From: a virus | Lineage: Duplodnaviria; Caudoviricetes | IMG/VR virus record: IMGVR_UViG_3300020042_011530 | Location: 1-29,054 of that record | Reading direction: 5' to 3' (one strand) | Length of the DNA stretch: 29,054 nt | Position numbers and translations under genes: made by a program | Part shown: piece after piece, positions 24,543 through 29,054 of the stretch | Position numbering within the stretch: position 1 is the first letter of the stretch | Layout of the letters: each line of letters starts with the position of its first letter | Notes under the pieces: generated by a model | What the model was told of the DNA's origin: nothing | Database searches by the model: none | The model's input: the letters and a program-made list of their open reading frames with translations, nothing else

Positions 24543-26110
24543 GGCTGCCATCCTGAGATAGGCAAGGTTCCTTCAAATCCAAAACCGCAAGGAGCACCGG
24601 ACGTAAATATACCAACGCCGCTACCGAAAACACCAAAGTTTGCGATCGTTAATCCATACATTCTAAGCTTTGTAGAATCATAAACAATACAGCCGCCTCT
24701 AGCAAAATCCGTGGATGAAAAAAACTCACAATTCATTTGAGGGTATGCGCCGCCTAAATCGAAAGCCGACCCCCAACCCTCTACTGTCGTATTTGTGCCA
24801 GTATAAGTAGTGTCAATGGTAAGTCCCGATGGCAAAGCGAAAAGATAATCCCCACTTCCGTTGTTTCCAGATGTGTTGTTAGAGAATCTTAATCTCCCTT
24901 GAAGTCTTACAAGGCTGCCTTCTCTTTTCCAATAGATTTTATCTAAGGAAACTCCGCTTGGTTTTGTTGGGCTTGTTGTGGTCGCTGTTATCGTCCAAGT
25001 GCCCCCATCAACCCAGTCCGTTTGCGCGTAGTGATTTATAATGCTCCAGTTTGCTCCGTCACTTTCAATTTCCAAAACTTCTGAATTTGTATAGAGCGCA
25101 TAACTTCCAGATGCGATACCGCCGATAGTCTGACCACTTGTCGTAGCTAAAGTGTAAACTTGAGTTAAAGAAGTACCACCATGTTTTAGTGCGTATCTTT
25201 TCCCGACTACGCCAACTGCTGTTGGAAGTGTAGCCGTGAAGCTTGCTCCACTAAAAAGTATAGTGTCGTCTGTTGTTAATACAGAGTCAGTAGTTACAGC
25301 GTTTCGGTATTTCTTTTTATAAGAACCAAAAACTAAAGCAGTTCCAATTCTTTGGAGCACCTCGTAATCGTTCGCTGCCGCTAAGTCTGTAGGGTTAGCG
25401 CTTGCGTTTGTTGCATTGACCTTAACAGTGAGTGCCGCCATGTTAGCAAGCTTTGCGTTTGTAACAGCATCATCTTCTATGTTTGCTGTAGCGGCTGTTC
25501 CACTTGCTCCAGTAAAGCCAAGTGTTGTTCTTGCTTCTTCAGCTGTAGAGTCATCAAGCAAGGTTTGCGTGTATGAAGTAGTTGGAACAACGCCCACTGA
25601 ACTTACAGCAATAGGCTGTCCTGAAGCATTAAATCCAAGAATTTGGTTAGCTCTCTCGTCAGCTGTTGGAAGCGTAAGAGTTAAAGGATCATCAGTCTCG
25701 TTAACTTTAAAAGATCTATCTATTTCATCCTTCAGTTGCTGAGTAGCCATCATTAGATAATCAAAAGCGTTCTCGTGAGCTTCAGGATAAAAAGCTCCTT
25801 GGTTACGAATGTCTGTATCTTGGATAAGATCCACAACACGACGAATTACAAGAACCCAACTTGTTGTGAGATTTCCACCTGTCAACCAAGCTTGTGAGTT
25901 GTTCACAAGATCAATGCTTCCTGTACCATTAGCAAGGATTGTAACAGTGTAATCTGTTGTAAGTGTGAGCGTTGTTTCAGCTCCAGTTGTTGGATGTCTT
26001 ACTGTTACCAGCAAGTCATCATCAGAAAAGATTTTGAAGGTAAATGAATAATTGGAAACAGATCCATTACCTACATATGGAACTCTGCTTGTGCTCGATA
26101 AAATTGTCAT
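24539..26110 (-). CDS. Tail fibre protein (T7 gp17-like N-terminal adaptor)
   Basis: YxGNGSxxxYSFTFKIF, DYTV, IRR...Q and ENAFDYLxMxxQQL adaptor motifs, a TLLDDxxAxxARTTLG shaft motif, and a C-terminal receptor-binding domain. Confidence 0.9.
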   Translation of the reverse strand: MTILSSTSRVPYVGNGSVSNYSFTFKIFSDDDLLVTVRHPTTGAETTLTLTTDYTVTILANGTGSIDLVNNSQAWLTGGNLTTSWVLVIRRVVDLIQDTDIRNQGAFYPEAHENAFDYLMMATQQLKDEIDRSFKVNETDDPLTLTLPTADERANQILGFNASGQPIAVSSVGVVPTTSYTQTLLDDSTAEEARTTLGFTGASGTAATANIEDDAVTNAKLANMAALTVKVNATNASANPTDLAAANDYEVLQRIGTALVFGSYKKKYRNAVTTDSVLTTDDTILFSGASFTATLPTAVGVVGKRYALKHGGTSLTQVYTLATTSGQTIGGIASGSYALYTNSEVLEIESDGANWSIINHYAQTDWVDGGTWTITATTTSPTKPSGVSLDKIYWKREGSLVRLQGRLRFSNNTSGNNGSGDYLFALPSGLTIDTTYTGTNTTVEGWGSAFDLGGAYPQMNCEFFSSTDFARGGCIVYDSTKLRMYGLTIANFGVFGSGVGIFTSGAPCGFGFEGTLPISGWQP

Positions 26111-29053
26111 CTATTGCCTATCCCCCTTGCCTGTAACGAGTCCTCTAGTGAAATCGACAGGGCCACTTGGTTCTACTTTTCCTTCAGATACATCTATTAA
26201 ATACTTCACTTGCTTAGCTGGCAATCCTACAGGCGTCTTAGTCATAACGCCTATCAGCGTCATAAAGTCCTTAGTCGTCCTGCCAGCATCCACCGCACCA
26301 TCCTTCACATCCTTATAAAGATTTACAGGGAAGTCAGTGATTTGATCTATTGTCGAGATAGCCAAGCTCATGTTGAGCCTGTCGTCATAAAGGTTATCTG
26401 TGAAGGCTCTGTTGTATTTAGCCACAGCAAAAGACCCCACAGCTGGCACCATAGCGGTGGCTGTTTTAAATTGAGATCCTGCAAACATAGCAAGGAAGTC
26501 ATCTAGGTACTCGTCATCATCATCTTCATCAAAGCCCTTACCACTCATGGCTTTAACCATAGCTTCACTTAAAAGTGCTGGGAGCATGAAGCCTGTCATG
26601 TAAATAGCAAAGAGTCTTCCACCACCCTTACGCACACCCACCTCGTTGATAACCTTGCCCATCTCGGCAGCGTTCAAGTTAGCAAGCATATTAAAATAGC
26701 CAGCGAACTGAATGAACATTCTATAGACTGGGCCACCCACCTCAAAGCCAGCTATATCAATGGCCTTGTTGGTGCCTTGAGTTTGCCTGACTGTTGAGTC
26801 TGCAAACTTCACAGCTTGCTTTTCACTCATCTTCTGGGCAGTGGCTTGGTTATAAGCTCCCCACCAAGTGCTAGTGTTCACAATGTTTTGAGCAGCTGTT
26901 TGTAAGAAGTAGGTATGTTTAAGTGCCCACTCCTGAGCCTTCTCGTATTTGTTGGGATTAGCAATAAGCTCTGTAATAGCGTTCTGCACCTCGTAGATAT
27001 TCATCCCCTGAATAGTGCTCATGTATTCAGACTTATCAAGCATCTCATCGACAGCCTTGTTTGAATTTTTACCAAAGCCAGTGAGCCATGTGGTAAAGCC
27101 TTGAGCGATGTAACGAGGTTTAACTTTTGTCATCGCAACAATCAAACCAGTACCTTGTTGAAGGGTGTTGGAGACGTTACCAAACATTACCTGCATGGCG
27201 GCACTTGTTCTAAAGTATTTAGCTATAGGTTCAAGTGGACGAATAAACATATTCGTTGATGGCACAATAATAGTTTGTTGAGCTGTACGCTGTAGCCAGC
27301 CCTCTAAGGCACCTTTAATTTCAGGATCAATTTCTGAAAGCAAGTCTTTCATTTGTTGATCATTAATCAAGCGACTAACTTCTTGAACTCTTGGCTCAAA
27401 GTAAGTGTATCTCAAAGCCCAGTCCATGTGGGCACCTAGTAGGTTAAGATCCAAAGATAGGCGTCTAGCAAAAGTTTCGTTACGAGTTTTTGTTGCGCCA
27501 CTTCCTGTTGTTGGGAAAGCCATTGAAGGATTGTTCTTTTCAAAAATATCAATCTCTTCAAGCTTTTGGAAATCTTTGACCTTGTTTCTATCAACCTTGG
27601 CTGGAATATATCCACCTTGGAAAGTTCTCTTAGTGCCATCTGCAAAGACCACATCAAAAGACTTAGCTGTAACTTCTTCAAAGAAGTAACCTTCAAGCTC
27701 CTTGTGTGTTCTTTGGAGATCGGGCTTAAAGCCTTCCATTAAGTCCCAAACGCTTTGAGCAAACTCAAAGTCACGAGCATTGAGCTTTCCTTCTTTAATC
27801 ATACGAGCTTGGAAAGAATCCCACTTACTTGTATCAAGCACACCATCAAGCTCAGACCCCCACCCATAACCTCGCAAGAGTTTAGACTTGTTGGAGTCGT
27901 TACCTGTATGGAGCACAGCCATGAGTAGCTCAAACTTACTTTGAAATACGAAAGCTCTACCATCAAGGCCAGTGAGTTCAGTGGCAACAATCTCTTCCTT
28001 GGGCATATCCTTTGCGTACTCGCGCAAGATATTACTAAAGGTTTTTAGAACCTCATTCTTTTTAACATCATAGTTTACGTTAGCCTCAAGGACTGGCTGC
28101 CAGATGTACTTACGAAAAGCCCCACCAATGTTGCCGCCATCCATGTAATCCACCCACGCCTCTATGCGTGTGAGAGCAGCCTTGATTCTTAGACCGAAAG
28201 TCTTGAACTTACCGTTCTCATCTTTTGTAGAATCATACTTTTCACGAGATCCTTTTTTATCAAGAACCTTCTTGGCTTCTAGCTCTAGCTCACTAACAAC
28301 AAGAGCGCGTTCAATCTTTTGACCCTCAATGGTCTGCATCTCTGTGGATTTTGAAAGACTCCACAATGCATCCACGGCCCTGGTCATTGTCTCGAACTTT
28401 GCAAAGCTCACTTCCTTATATGGGCCTGCACCATCACTAGCTGTGTTGATGATGTTCATAAGACCCTCGTAACGAGATGGCTCGTACTTACGAATCTTAT
28501 CTAAGTATTCTTCAGCAGTTTTCTCAGCCCTTGTTATGCCGTAGTTTGCTGCAACAGCACGAGCAGCGTTGACGTAATCAACATCACGGTACTTAGCTAT
28601 GTCTTCATTCTTTTTAAATAGCTTCTTATAGTCTTTAACTTTTTTCTCAACTTGACGTTGGGCCTCAATAGCAGCTTTGAACATCTCGTGATTAAGAAGT
28701 TCTCTACGTTTAGCATCAAATGCTTTTTGAAGTAGCTCTTGAGTTTCCTCTACACTCTTACCTTCAAGTTGTTTAAACGCACTTGCCGCTTCCTTACTCG
28801 CTGCACGCTCAGCACGTTCAAACACATACGGCTTAATGTCCTTAACGGCCTTCTCGCCAATGCGCCTTGCTGCTTCTTCTTTTAGGATTTTACTATTAGG
28901 AAGTCTTGCTATAAGCCTTGCTGCAAGTTGTTTATCACTTAATCTTTCAGCTAAGAACTCAGCTTCAATCCTGAGTTTCTCAGCTTGCTTGTCATTATGC
29001 ACAGCCTCTACAGCTGCTTCTTCAAGATCAAACAGTGAATCAGGATAGCGTTT
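26111..29053 (-). CDS. Large internal virion (ejectosome-type) protein, 5'-truncated by the window edge
   Basis: The frame stays open to the window end (at least 980 aa). It is helical with a hydrophobic C-terminal region and lies directly upstream of the tail fibre, as T7 gp16 does. Confidence 0.75.
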   Translation of the reverse strand, partial: KRYPDSLFDLEEAAVEAVHNDKQAEKLRIEAEFLAERLSDKQLAARLIARLPNSKILKEEAARRIGEKAVKDIKPYVFERAERAASKEAASAFKQLEGKSVEETQELLQKAFDAKRRELLNHEMFKAAIEAQRQVEKKVKDYKKLFKKNEDIAKYRDVDYVNAARAVAANYGITRAEKTAEEYLDKIRKYEPSRYEGLMNIINTASDGAGPYKEVSFAKFETMTRAVDALWSLSKSTEMQTIEGQKIERALVVSELELEAKKVLDKKGSREKYDSTKDENGKFKTFGLRIKAALTRIEAWVDYMDGGNIGGAFRKYIWQPVLEANVNYDVKKNEVLKTFSNILREYAKDMPKEEIVATELTGLDGRAFVFQSKFELLMAVLHTGNDSNKSKLLRGYGWGSELDGVLDTSKWDSFQARMIKEGKLNARDFEFAQSVWDLMEGFKPDLQRTHKELEGYFFEEVTAKSFDVVFADGTKRTFQGGYIPAKVDRNKVKDFQKLEEIDIFEKNNPSMAFPTTGSGATKTRNETFARRLSLDLNLLGAHMDWALRYTYFEPRVQEVSRLINDQQMKDLLSEIDPEIKGALEGWLQRTAQQTIIVPSTNMFIRPLEPIAKYFRTSAAMQVMFGNVSNTLQQGTGLIVAMTKVKPRYIAQGFTTWLTGFGKNSNKAVDEMLDKSEYMSTIQGMNIYEVQNAITELIANPNKYEKAQEWALKHTYFLQTAAQNIVNTSTWWGAYNQATAQKMSEKQAVKFADSTVRQTQGTNKAIDIAGFEVGGPVYRMFIQFAGYFNMLANLNAAEMGKVINEVGVRKGGGRLFAIYMTGFMLPALLSEAMVKAMSGKGFDEDDDDEYLDDFLAMFAGSQFKTATAMVPAVGSFAVAKYNRAFTDNLYDDRLNMSLAISTIDQITDFPVNLYKDVKDGAVDAGRTTKDFMTLIGVMTKTPVGLPAKQVKYLIDVSEGKVEPSGPVDFTRGLVTGKGDRQ

Positions 29054-29054
29054 T

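Noticed and set aside
1-29054. Stop-codon reassignment
   Set aside because: Conserved genes are full length and tile densely under code 11, using TAA, TAG and TGA stops. The one TGG/TGA difference is in the probable chimeric edge.

Overview
The window is about 29 kb of a tailed dsDNA phage genome with podovirus, BPP-1/T7-like virion genes, read in the standard genetic code. It has five parts. (1) A minus-strand packaging and head block at about 1-12.5 kb: two HNH endonucleases, putative terS, terL, a tandem [GNAT + small KTLLG-ending protein] x2 module, portal, scaffold, major capsid, cement protein and a truncated fibre gene. (2) A replication block: RusA-like resolvase, Prim-Pol/VapE primase-helicase and a nearby iteron-like origin. 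(3) A plus-strand early block: Cro-like HTH, Sak4-like ATPase, SSB, YqaJ, GIY-YIG, a lipoprotein, a CHAP lysin and many micro-ORFs. (4) A minus-strand membrane/lysis cluster. (5) A T7 gp17-like tail fibre and the 3' part of a very large internal virion protein. I found no integrase, DNA polymerase, reverse transcriptase, CRISPR array or intact tRNA. The most notable signals are the duplicated GNAT/partner module before the portal, a signal-peptide-bearing fibre-domain protein inside the head module, and a two-state RNA structure over the primase RBS. Also notable are the AAGACATC origin repeats and an 86-bp inverted copy of the fibre gene at the window edge, which is probably a chimera. All family calls come from motif recognition by eye, not from database searches.
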